64,000 nucleotides of DNA from Mytilus trossulus. Lineage: Eukaryota. The translations under genes were made by a program, and so were the position numbers. This document shows positions 25,529 through 38,800 of the stretch, piece after piece (positions within the stretch are counted from its first letter, which is position 1; each line of letters opens with the position of its first letter). Under the pieces are notes generated by a model. That model had not been told where the DNA came from. It was given only the letters and a program-made list of their open reading frames with translations, and ran no database searches. The stretch covers positions 744,001-808,000 of the forward strand of contig NC_086377.1 of assembly GCF_036588685.1 (NCBI RefSeq), in the 5' to 3' direction.

Positions 25529-27654
25529 TAAAACCGTACATGCCACATACTAGTTTTATTGTTGTGTCTGTCTTATCATTTGGGCAAGAGAACACACAAA
25601 AAATGTCTTCCTTGTTTTACTGACCTTGAATGATAGATTGTTGTCTCAAAAAGAGGTTCATTATATAAGAACATAATCGCTCAACTGCAATTGTTTGGTG
25701 AAGATCTTGGACCAATGATTATTTTGCCGTAAAAATGTATGTCAATGCGTTTTTAAACATATCCTTTATAAGATTCACACTATCTTTTATAGTTTTTGTG
25801 AAAAAATAAAATGAAAAAAAAATAGCTTTCAAGGTCACCAACTCTTTAAAGGTAGCAAATGATATTTTCCATTTTTTAATGCGTTTCCCTCGGTTTTAGT
25901 TTGTTACCCCGATTTTGTTTTTTGTCCATGAATTTATGAGTTTTGAACAGCGGTATACTACTGTTGCCTTTATTCGTCCTGTTTGATTTATTGGTATTTC
26001 AATTCAATCCTGGTATCTATGTTGAGTTTATTTACAACCACTGGGCCGATGTCACTGCTGGTGGAGTTTTTATTCCCTGAGGGTATCACAAGCCCAGTAG
26101 TCAGTAATTATGTGTTGACATAAGGTCATAATTATAACTTAACTTTTTGCAAAGTTTCATTTTTGGAATACAAATTAAGGTTTTTCTACCTCAGGATAAG
26201 ATGACCTCAGCTTTATTTGGTTAAATATTTAGGAATGTTTGGTCATCAATGCTCTTCAACTTGGTACTTTATTTTGCCGTTTGAACTTTAAACAGGGGTC
26301 GATCAATTGACAATTGCAGTCATGTTAACTATGTTTTATGTCTTATTTTGTTGAACACTTGATTTTCAAATTTTATGTCTATCTTTTTATATAGTTTCCG
26401 GAAACAAAGCTTAAAAGTTGAATGAAAATAGTCTTTCAAGGGAAATAGCTCCTACAGGGAACAACTGACAAATTCCTTTCTTATCTTTATAGATTGATCT
26501 TTATTGAATATTTTTTACTGTTTAAAAGTCATCTATATCTGTAAAAAGACAGGCGAATGATACCAAAGGTAAAGATAAATAAACTGATAAAGCAATGGCT
26601 TTAAAAAAGGCTTAAAGGCAAATATCAGTTCACAAATTTCAACAAACCTTACTAGACTGAGAAACACGAACAATGCCCAAGAAGAGTGCATATGCTGAAA
26701 TGTCTTGCTTGTTTGCTAACCATTGATATTATGTTGATAGTCCTAAATAGAAAGCTTTACTACAACTATCACTTAAACTTAGCATGATCCAAGAAAATGA
26801 GGTTAAGGTCATATAGATTAAACTAGAAATACATGTACACCTTACATTTATTCAATACACTAAATTTAGTTGACCTATTGCTTTTAATTTCTAAGAAACA
26901 GACTTAAACAAGAAAACTTAACATTGACCAATGAATAATGAAAACGAGGTCAAGGTCAGATGATCTATGGCAGGCAGACATGTTTAGCTTACAATCCTTT
27001 CATAAAACAAATATAGTTTTAAAAGAAAATTTTATAGTAAAAATAAATTTGGCGAAAAAAATAATAAAGTGGCGAAAAATATATTGTTTTGGCGAAAGAG
27101 GTGGCGAAAAAAATAATTGACCCAGGGGAAACCCTGATAGTTTACCTATAGTTTAATAAAAACAGACCGAAACACATAAACTTACACTGAGCAATGAACC
27201 GTGAAGATGAGGTCAGGGTCGAATAAAACCAGCAAGACTGACATATTCATCATAAATATTTCCATAACCCAAATATAGCAGATTATAGGTTTGACATGAC
27301 GTCATACAGATTAGGGATTTGATAAAGCCTTTGCAACAGTGACTGCAATCAATGATGTGACGTCATACAGATTAAAGGTGTGATAAAGCTTTTGCAACCG
27401 TGCTGATATCTAGATCATCACGGGTGGCTGATACAGCATGCTCGTCATTGTGTGTATGACACATACAATTTATCTGTATTTACTAATAAGTAATAAACTA
27501 ATTATGAACACTTATTTTTCTGCAAACTTCAATGAATGTCATTTACAACCCATTCTGTTAATGAGTTCAGTTATCATACTTTACTTTCAAGACAAGGGTG
27601 CACACGCGTAAATGTCTGACCATCTTTACTAACCATTGGTTTTATTGTGGTAAA

Positions 27655-27805
27655 ACATGAAGCTTTACTGAAACACTATGGTGGTTAACATGAAGCTTTA
27701 CTGAAACACTATGGTGGTTAACATGAAGCTTTACTGAAACACTATGGTGGTTAACATGAAGCTTTACTGAAACACTATGGTGGTTAACATGAAGCTTTAC
27801 TGAAA
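27655..27805. repeat. 33-bp minisatellite, ~4.5 copies
   Basis: AACATGAAGCTTTACTGAAACACTATGGTGGTT repeated. Confidence 0.9.
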
Positions 27806-27858
27806 CTATCACATAAACAGGATTAAAAAAAAAGACGTCAAGGTTATATCAAGGTTAA

Positions 27859-28653
27859 TTTTTTTGAAAAACTAAGGATTTTCTTATTCCAGGCATAGAT
27901 TACCTTAGCCATTATTTGGCACAACTTTTTGGCATTTTGGATCCTCAATGCTCTTCATCTTTGTACTTGTTTGGCTTTATATTAATTTTGATATGAGCGT
28001 CACTGATGAGTCTTATGTAGACGAAACGCGCGTCTGGCGTACTAAATTTTAATCCTGGTACCTTTGATAACTATTTACACCACTGGGTCGATGCCACTGC
28101 TGGTGGACGTTTCGTCCCTGAGGGTATCACCAGCCCAGTAGTCACGCTTCCGTGTTGGCATGAATATCAATAATGTGGTTATTTTTATAAATTTCCTGTT
28201 TACAAAACTTTGAATTTTTGGAAAAACTAAGGATTTTCTTATTCCAGGCATAGATTACCTTAGCCGTTATTTGGCACAACTTTTTGGAATTTTGGATCCT
28301 CAGTGCTCTTCAACTTTGTACTAGTTTGGTTTTATAATAATTTTGATATGAGCATCACTGATGAGTCTTATGTAGACGAAACGCGCGACTGGCGTACTAA
28401 ATTATAATCCTGGTACCTTTGATTTATACTATTTACACCACTGGTTCGATGTCCCTGCTGGTGGACGTTTCGTCCCTGAAGATATCACCAGCCCAGTAGT
28501 CAACACTTCGGTGTTGGCATGAATATCAATAATATGGTTATTTTTATAAATTTCAAGTTTACAAAACTTTGAATTTTTGGAAAAATTAAGGATTTTTCTT
28601 ATTCCAGGCATAGATTACCTAACTAAATTATAATCCTGGTACCTTTGATAACT
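27859..28653 (+). mobile_element. Non-LTR retrozyme: ~2.2 tandem copies of a ~355-bp monomer with a type I hammerhead ribozyme
   Basis: Period 355 between CTGATGA cores at 28003 and 28358. Related fragments at ~13975-14130, ~14450-14545 (-), ~23755-23960 (-), ~26000-26290, ~63478-63615. Confidence 0.85.
27997..28040 (+). ncRNA. Minimal type I hammerhead ribozyme with canonical core
   Basis: GCGUCA-CUGAUGA-GUCU uaugu AGAC-GAAA-C GCGC G-UC^-UGGCGU: stem I, stem II, palindromic mini stem III; predicted cleavage after 28034. Confidence 0.85.
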
Positions 28654-29759
28654 AATTATATAAACCAACCAAAATAATACATGGAAACCTTACAATAATT
28701 CTTTACTTTAAATGACCTATTGCTTACAGTTTCTTAGAAACAGATGTAACCTAGAAAATTAAACATGAACCATCAATGAGGTCAAGAATAGATGAACAAT
28801 GACAGGTAAACATGGAAAGCCTTCAATCCTTTCATACAACAAAAATAGTTGACCTATTGCTTGAAGATTAAGAAAAACAGACCAAAATATAAAAAGTAAA
28901 CACTGAGCAATGAACTGTGAAAATGAATTCAAGGTCAAATAAAACAGGTGCGACTGACATTAACATCATAAAATATTTTCATAAACCAAAAAAAGTTGAC
29001 CTATTCATTTGCTATTGCATATAGAAGTCATAACTTAAAACAGCTTAACTTTGACAACTGAACCATTAAAATGAGGTCAAGGTCAAATGATACATGCTAG
29101 TTGGACATGTACACCTTACATTACACCAAATATAGTAGACCTATTGAATACATTATAAAAACCAGACCAAAACTATAACTGCGGCACCATGAAAGTGAGG
29201 TCAAGGCAGGCTCGACAAAAAACTAATCAACATCATCAATGCATTTTAATTCAGTTCTAACAATAAATGTTTATAAGAACATAAACAGTACCAAATGTTC
29301 TGCACTAGATGGGCATTCTGACAATCAATCTCTCTTTGGGGTTGCTTGAGGCCGAAATACTTAAAATCCAACTTATCTTATCAAAAAGAATGACATGTTT
29401 GTAGTTAGTCAACAACAAAGAACATTTGTACATGCAACATTATTACAATTAATGATTTTTGAGATTCTGGCCTGATAAAGTTGGTCTTCCATGTCAGTTA
29501 TTATAATCAATTTTATTTCCTCATAATGGTATTATCACAACCCTCTGAGCGCTTATAGTTGAAGTTCAAAGAACGAATATAGAATGTCCAATAAAAAGGT
29601 AACTTATTGTCAATGATATAAGCACGGTGGTAACTTATTGTCAATGATATAAGCACAGTGGTAACTTATTGTCAATGATATAAACATGGTGGTGATAGGG
29701 CCTGTCGCTGTATGATTCATTCAATCTTCCACTTTTACGTAGGTAATCAGTAACTTTGA

Positions 29760-29895
29760 TGTCATGACTGTTTGGTATAAGCTCCTATCCCTCATGACTG
29801 TTGAGTATAAGCTCCTCCCCCTCATGACTGTTTAGTATAAGCTCCTCCCCTCATGACTGTTTAGTATAAGCTCCTCCCCCTCATGACTGTTTAGT
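29760..29895 (-). repeat. ~30-bp repeat x5 containing the last codons and stop of ALG13
   Basis: TCATGACTGTTTAGT (minus strand ACTAAACAGTCATGA = TKQS*) reiterated into the 3' UTR. Confidence 0.8.
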
Positions 29896-32800
29896 GTACC
29901 CCATTAAGTTGTCCAAATAATCTGCAAACAATTGTGGTTTACCAGGAGTGTAAGGCTTTAATCTGCTAAAATCACAGGTCTTCAATGTTTCTTCCAGAGA
30001 ACTAAAATAGAAAGATTACAAAAACTGAAACAAACTTGGAATAAACATATATATATCATTCATAGAAAAAGTTTGCATAAATCTATTTTTTTTTTTGTCT
30101 CCATTGTGGATACAGGAATTCTCAGTTAGATCATGTTGCCCAATTGTACAAGCTTTCTATGTAGTGTTTTGTATACTGTTATTTTTCATTAAGTCACCTT
30201 TTATTTTTTGCAATGACATTCTCCATTTTTCACTACTGTCCAATCAAATCTGGAAGACAACCAAATAACTACAGGAATCAATCCAAGTGGACAAGTGAGA
30301 AATGGCAAAATCCAATCAAATCTGGGAGACTACCAAATAACTACAGGAATCAATCCAAGTGGACAAGTGACAAATGGCAAAATCCAATCAAATCTGGGAG
30401 ACTACCAAATGACTACAGGAATCAATCCAAGTGGACAAGTGACAAATGGCAAAATCCAATCAAATCTGGAAGACTACCAAATAACTACAGGAATCAATCC
30501 AAGTGGACAAGTGACAAATGGCAAAATCCAATCAAATCTGGAAGACAACCAAATAACTACAGGAATCAATCCAAGTGGACAAGTGAGAAATGGCAAAATC
30601 CAATCAAATCTGGGAGACTACCAAATAACTACAGGAATCAATCCAAGTGGACAAGTGAGAAATGGCAAAATCCAATCAAATCTGGAAGACTACCAAATAA
30701 CTACAGGAATCAATCCAAGTGAATAAGTGAGAAATGGAAAAATCCAATCAAATCTGGAAGACAACCAAATAACTACAGGAATCAATCCAAGTGGACAAGT
30801 GACAAATGGCAAAATCCAATCAAATCTGGAAGACTACCAAATAACTACAGGAATCAATCCAAGTGGATAAGTGAGAAATGGAAAAATCCAATCAAATCTG
30901 GAAGACAACCAAATAACTACAGGAATCAATCCAAGTGGATAAGTGAGAAATGGAAAAATCCAATCAAATCTGGAAGACTACCAAATAACTACAGGAATCA
31001 ATCCAAGTGGATAAGTGAGAAATGGAAAAATCCAATCAAATCTGGAAGACAACCAAATGACTACAGGAATCAATCCAAGTGGACAAGTGAGAAATGGAAA
31101 AATCCAATCAAATCTGGAAGACTACCAAATAACTACAGGAATCAATCCAAGTGGATAAGTGAGAAATGGAAAAATCCAATCAAATCTGGAAGACTACCAA
31201 ATAACTACAGGAATCAATCCAAGTGGATAAGTGAGAAATGGCAAAATCCAATCAAATCTGGAAGACTACCAAATGACTACAGGAATCAATCCAAGTGGAC
31301 AAGTGACAAATGGCAAAATCTAATCAAATCTGGAAGACAACCAAATAACTACAGGAATCAATCCAAGTGGATAAGTGAGAAATGGAAAAATCCAATCAAA
31401 TCTGGAAGACTACCAAATGACTACAGGAATCAATCCAAGTGGACAAGTGACAAATGGCAAAATCTAATCAAATCTGGAAGACTACCAAATAACTACAGGA
31501 ATCATTCCAAGTGGACAAGTGAGAAATGGCAAAATCTAATCAAATCTGGAAGACTACCAAATGACTACAGGAATCAATCCAAGTGGACAAGTGAGAAATG
31601 GCAAAATCCAATCAAATCTGGAAGACTACCAAATGACTACAGGAATCAATCCAAGTGGACAAGTGAGAAATGGCAAAATCCAATCAAATCTGGAAGACTA
31701 CCAAATGACTACAGGAATCAATCCAAGTGGACAAGTGAGAAATGGCAAAATCCAATCAAATCTGGAAGACTACCAAATGACTACAGGAATCAATCCAAGT
31801 GGACAAGTGAGAAATGGCAAAATCCAATCAAATCTGGAAGACTACCAAATAACTACAGGAATCAATCCAAGTGGACAAGTGAGAAATGGCAAAATCTAAT
31901 CAAATCTGGAAGACTACCAAATGACTACAGGAATCAATCCAAGTGAATAAGTGAGAAATGGCAAAATCTAATCAAATCTGGAAGACAACCAAATAACTAC
32001 AGGAATCAATCCAAGTGGACAAGTGACAAATGGCAAAATCCAATCAAATCTGGAAGACTACCAAATGACTACAGGAATCAATCCAAGTGGACAAGTGAGA
32101 AATGGCAAAATCTAATCAAATCTGGAAGACTACCAAATGACTACAGGAATCAATCCAAGTGGACAAGTGAGAAATGGCAAAATCCAATCAAATCTGGAAG
32201 ACTACCAAATAACTACAGGAATCAATCCAAGTGGACAAGTGAGAAATGGCAAAATCCAATCAAATCTGGAAGACTACCAAATGACTACAGGAATCAATCC
32301 AAGTGGACAAGTGAGAAATGGCAAAATCCAATCAAATCTGGGAGACTACCAAATAACTACAGGAATCAATCCAAGTGGACAAGTGAGAAATGGCAAAATC
32401 TAATCAAATCTGGGAGACTACCAAATAACTACAGGAATCAATCCAAGTGGATAAGTGAGAAATGGCAAAATCCAATCAAATCTGGAAGACTACCAAATGA
32501 CTACAGGAATCAATCCAAGTGGACAAGTGAGAAATGGCAAAATCCAATCAAATCTGGAAGACAACCAAATAACTACAGGAATCAATCCAAGTGGACAAGT
32601 GAGAAATGGCAAAATCTAATCAAATCTGGAAGACTACCAAATAACTACAGGAATCAATCCAAGTGAATAAGTGAGAAATGGAAAAATCTAATCAAATCTG
32701 GAAGACTACCAAATAACTACAGGAATCAATCCAAGTGAATAAGTGAGAAATGGAAAAATCTAATCAAATCTGGAAGACAACCAAATAACTACAGGAATCA

Positions 32801-35800
32801 ATCCAAGTGGACAAGTGAGAAATGGCAAAATCCAATCAAATCTGGAAGACTACCAAATAACTACAGGAATCAATCCAAGTGGACAAGTGAGAAATGGCAA
32901 AATCTATATGTGAGCTGTAATTACTGGTGTTAATTTCACAAAAAAACTTACGACTAAGGTTATCCTAAGTATAATGAATTATTCATGACTTATGAGAAGT
33001 CTTAATTGTAAGTTTTTTGGTGAAACCGACTCCTGGTATTTAGATTTTTTGGGTTAATTTCTTCATACTGGTTGCTGCTTTGCATGCAGACATTGATGCA
33101 GAAAAAGAATTCAAGAGTTACTCTGATATTGTTGATAAAAACTAAAATTTGCTTCATCTAGCCATTAAAAGAGACACTTGTATAAGTAATTAAGCTTCTT
33201 GTCCAACACTTGTTTTTATAGATCATATCTCATCACTACAAATTTATCTATTTTTAAAACGTATGTTCAAACCAATCATTAACTATTTTTTTTTTTATAC
33301 CAAACCAATCATTAACTTTTTTTTTTTCATACCAAACTAATCCTTAACTATTTTCTTTTAACAAACCAATCATAAACTTCTTATTTTAAAAACCATCAGA
33401 TATTCATTTTTTTTTTTAAAGGAGCAGGTATTTCTTAGCTACATGTCGAGTACAATCCCAACGAAGGGTGACAACCCTGAGATGAGATTTGGACAAGAAT
33501 TATACTCAAGTTTGAAAAACCATGGATAATCTTATGATCACTATTTTGCCTATGATGTTGTTGATGTTTACTTTGACAACGTCAATTGCACTTTTAATTT
33601 CTGGTGATATTTTTCAATTTTGGGCAAGTAGCATGATATGAAAAATTAACACATAAAAAAGTCATTAGGAAATGAAAAAGAAATTCCAAAGTCCACTGCA
33701 TTACACATGTATGTTTCTGTCCTACGTACAAGGTCAACAACTGCACGAAAGCATGTTTTTGCTGGGTTTTTTTATAAGAGGGATGAAAGATACCGAAGGG
33801 ACAGTCAAACTCATAAATCTAAAAAAAAACTGACAACGCCATGGCTAAAATAATGAAAAAAACAAACAGAAAAACAATAGTGCACATGACACAACATAGA
33901 AAACTAAAGAATAAACAACACAAACTCCACCAATACTAGGGGTGATCTCAGGTGCTCCGGAAGGGTAAGCAGATCCTGCTCCACATGTGACACCCGTCGT
34001 GTTGCTTATGTGATTACAAATCCAGTAAATAGTCTAATTCGGTAGGTCACATTCATGAAAACCTTTTTTAAATATCTTGAGAGAAAGGAAGACTTCCATG
34101 CAAATCTAATGTAATTTCGATTATAATTTATATTTCCAAGGGCCATAACTTGTTAAAAATATTTGATCAGAACTTATTTTGGTAAGCGTTAAAGATGTTG
34201 CTGAAATAAACAGAGGATATAGGCAAGAGTTGAACACATGACAGCTCTAACGATACAATTTTCTATAAGGTTAATGTTTCCAAGGGGCATAACTCTTTTA
34301 AAAACAATTGATCGGCACTGATTTGGGATCTTGTCTAACATTGCTGACATAGATCTATCAAGAAATTTACATGTGAGAGTGCTAACAAGACTGGAGAGAC
34401 GTTACGCAAGAGACAAAAACAGAAAATAGCAATAATTCCCATACCTGCAATCACAATATTCTATGTTGCCATCTTTCTTCAGTTGTCTAGCTAACTCTAA
34501 TTGATGATTGTTCATAAGTTCATCATTAACTACTACCAGTAAAGGTTTATTAGCAGTTAGACTTTCTAAACAACTCCCGGCTCCTATAATATAAAAACAA
34601 TTTCAGTAATTATTTTGCTCAATCAATGCCACTAAACATGCTTAACAGTCACATATATATAATTATACTGAAAAATCTCTCTGTTTGTTTTGTTTGCACA
34701 TAGTTGTCGATATAATGGAATTTGATTCAACTGACATATAATGAAGATGTTTAGCGCTTTAACACCAGATTTAATCCAAGACAGAAATATGACAGATTTT
34801 GTCCATTCGTTTGTTGTGTTTGAGCTTTTGATTTTGCAGATTGATTGAGGACTTTTAGTTTTTCCTCGGAGTTTGGTATTAACTCATGAAACTAAGTATT
34901 TGCTAGTAATGGATGTAAATTCAGGAACTATTTCGAGGTTTTTATTATTGTGAAAAATGCAAGAGAGCTGTTAACCCAATAATTTACACTCACATTTTGA
35001 AATGTTAATTATGAATTAAACAGGAAATTTTCTCAAAATCGTAAAAATTAAAAATCGCATTTAAGTCTAAAATGACACAATCGCAAAAATAAATGCATGC
35101 AATAATTTCTGAAATTACAGTATATATCTTGTAAATATAGTTACCTGCATGACTTATGACCAGTGAAGCATTACTGATGTCATCAGCTATGGAGGGTTTA
35201 TATCTAGTTACTATAGTTACCTGCATGACTTATGACCAGTGAAGCATTACTGATGTCATCAGCTATAGAGTGTTAATATCTGGTTACTATAGTTACCTGC
35301 ATGACTTATGACCAGTGAAGCGTCACTGATGTCATCAGCTATGGAGGGTTTATATCTGGTTACTATAGTTACCTGCATGACTTATGACCAGTGAAGCGTT
35401 ACTGATGTCATCAGCTATGGAGGGTTTATATCTGGCTACTATAGTTACCTGCATGACTTAAGACCATTGAAGTGTTACTGATGTCATCAGCTATGGAGGG
35501 TATATATCTGGTTACTATAGTTACCTGCATGACTTATGACCAGTGAAGCGTCACTGATGTCATCAGCTATGGAAGGTTTATATCTGGTTACTATAGTTAC
35601 CTGCATGACTTATGACCAGTGAAGCGTTACTGATGTCATCAGCTATGGAAGGTTTATATCTGGTTACTATAGTTACCTGCATGACTTATGACCAGTGAAG
35701 CGTCACTGATGTCATCAGCTATGGAGGGTTTATATCTAGTTACTATAGTTACCTGCATGACTTATGACCAGTGAAGCGTTACTGATGTCATCAGCTATGG

Positions 35801-38800
35801 AGGGTTTATATCTAGTTACTATAGTTACCTGCATGACTTATGACCAGTGAAGCGTTACTGATGTCATCAGCTATGGAAGGTTTATATCTGGTTACTATAG
35901 TTACCTGCATGACTTATGACCAGTGAAGCGTTACTGATGTCATCAGCTATGGAGGGTTTATATCTAGTTACTATAGTTACCTGCATGACTTATGACCAGT
36001 GAAGCGTTACTGATGTCATCAGCTATGGAGGGTTTATATCTAGTTACTATAGTTACCTGCATGACTTATGACCAGTGAAGCGTTACTGATGTCATCAGCT
36101 ATGGAAGGTTTATATCTGGTTACTATAGTTACCTGCATGACTTATGACCAGTGAAGCGTTACTGATGTCATCAGCTGTGGATGGTTTATATCTGGTTACT
36201 ATAGTTACAAATGTACCTGCATGACTTATGACCAGTGAAGTGTTACTGATGTCATCAGCTATGGATGGTTTATATCTGGTTACTATAGTTACCTGCATGA
36301 CTTATGACCAGTGAAGCATTACTGATGTCATCAGCTATGGATGGTTTATATCTGGTTACTATAGTTACCTGCATGACTTATGACCAGTGAAGCGTTACTG
36401 ATGTCAACAGCTATGGATGGTTTATATCTGGTTACTATAGTTACCTGCATGACTTATGACCAGTGAAGCGTTACTGATGTCATCAGCTGTGGATGGTTTA
36501 TATCTGGTTACTATAGTTACAAATGTACCTGCATGACTTATGACCAGTGAAGTGTTACTGATGTCATCAGCTATGGATGGTTTATATCTGGTTACTATAG
36601 TTACCTGCATGACTTATGACCAGTGAAGCGTTACTGATGTCATCAGCTATGGATGGTTTACATCTGGTTACTATAGTTACCTGCATGACTTATGACCAGT
36701 GAAGCGTCACTGATGTCATCAGCTATGGAGGGTTTATATCTGTAATATTCTACCGTGAACCCTCTCACAGAACATTCTGTAGATGGATCAAAGGCACATC
36801 GTCCAATCTGTATCAATAGCTTGTTGTAACCTTTAGATTTCAAGATCTAGAAAATAAAATTAACAATAGTTCAAAATGTTATAAATGTTTTGGTAATATA
36901 CTTTCACTATCTAGTCTATATGGCATCCAGGGTTACTACATGTACAAGTAATCTTTATTTACATGAAGACAAATAGTCTTCTTTAAGTTAATTACAGTCA
37001 GGCTCATCAAAAATAAACTTACAACACCATGGCTAAAACAAAAGATACCAAACTAACAGTCAGGCTCATAGATCAAAAATAAACTAACAACACCATGGCT
37101 AAAACAAAAGATACCAAACTAACAGTCAGGCTCATCAAAAATAAACTGACAACACCATGGCTAAAACAAAAGATACCAAACTAACAGTCAGGCTCATAGA
37201 TCAAAAATAAACTAACAACACCATGGCTAAAACAAAAGATACCAAACTAACAGTCAGGCTCATCAAAAATAAACTGACAACACCATGGCTAAAACAAAAG
37301 ATACCAAACTAACAGTCAGGCTCATCAAAAATAAACTGACAACACCATGGCTAAAACAAAGGATACCTAACGAACAGTCAGGCTCACCAAAAATAAACTG
37401 ACAACACCATGGCTAAAACAAAAGATACCAAACAAACAGTCAGGCTCATAGATCTAAAATAAACTGACAACACCATGGCTAAAACAAAAGATACCAAACT
37501 AACAGTCAGGCTCATAGATAAAAAATAAACTGACAACACTATGGCTTAAACAAAAGATACCAAACTAACAGTCAGGCTCATAGATCAAAAGTAAACTGAC
37601 AACACCATGGCTAAAACAAAAGTTACCAAAGGAACAGTCAGGCTCATAGATCAAAAATAAACTGACAACACCATGGCTAAAATAGGAATAGATACCAAAC
37701 GAACAGTCAGGCTCATAGATCAAAAATAAACTGACAACACCATGGCTAAAATAGGAATCGATACCAAACGAACAGTCAGGCTCATAGATCACAAATAAAC
37801 TAACAACACCATGGCTTAAACAAAAGATACCAAACGAACAGTCAGGCTCATAGATCAAAAATAAGCTGACAACACCATGGCTAAAACAAATACCAAATGA
37901 ACAGTCAGGCTCATAGATCAAAAATAAACTGACAACACCATGACAAAAATAGAAAAAAGATACCAAACGAACAGTCAGGCTCATAGATCAAAAATAAACT
38001 GACAACACCATGGCTAAAACAAAAGATACCAAACGAACAGTCAGGCTCATAGATCAAAAATAAACTGACAACACCATGGCTAAAACAAAGGATACATAAC
38101 GAACAGTCAGGCTCATAGATCAAAAATAAACTGACAACACCATGGCTAAAACAAAGGATACCTAACGAACAGTCAGGCTCATAGATCAAAAATAAACTGA
38201 CAACACCATGGCTAAAACAAAAGATACCAAACGAACAGTCAGGCTCATAGATCAAAAATAAACTGACAACACCATGGCTAAAACAAAAGATACCAAACGA
38301 ACAGTCAGGCTCATAGATCAAAAATAAACTGACAACACCATGGCTAAAACAAAAGATATCAAACGTACAGTCAGGCTCATAGATCAAAAATAAACTGACA
38401 ACACCATGGCTAAAACAAAAGATACCAAATGAACAGTCAGGCTCATAGCATTAAGGTACAGTATCCGACAATCGATTGATTCGACAAGAGTTGATTTTTC
38501 CTTCAGGTTTTAATTCAATTCAATTAAAAAGAATTAATTGAATAGACTCATTAACGATCGATTTATTCAACGGAACTTTAATGATAGAAACGATCGATAA
38601 CGATTGAACATTGTTTGTCGATTCAATCAACTAAATGTATTAATGATGGATACTCGATTGTAACGATTGATACGATCGATAACAATTGAACGACATATGT
38701 CGAACCAATCAACTCAATGTATTTTGATTAAGACGTCACTCGATCGTAACGATCGATACGATCGATATCGATTGAACGTCAAATGTCGAATCAATCAACT

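Noticed and set aside
30213-32403. Long repetitive ORFs ([23 protein letters not shown]...)
   Set aside because: By-product of a 72-bp (3n) satellite in an ALG13 intron; stops are scattered among units and there is no exon context.
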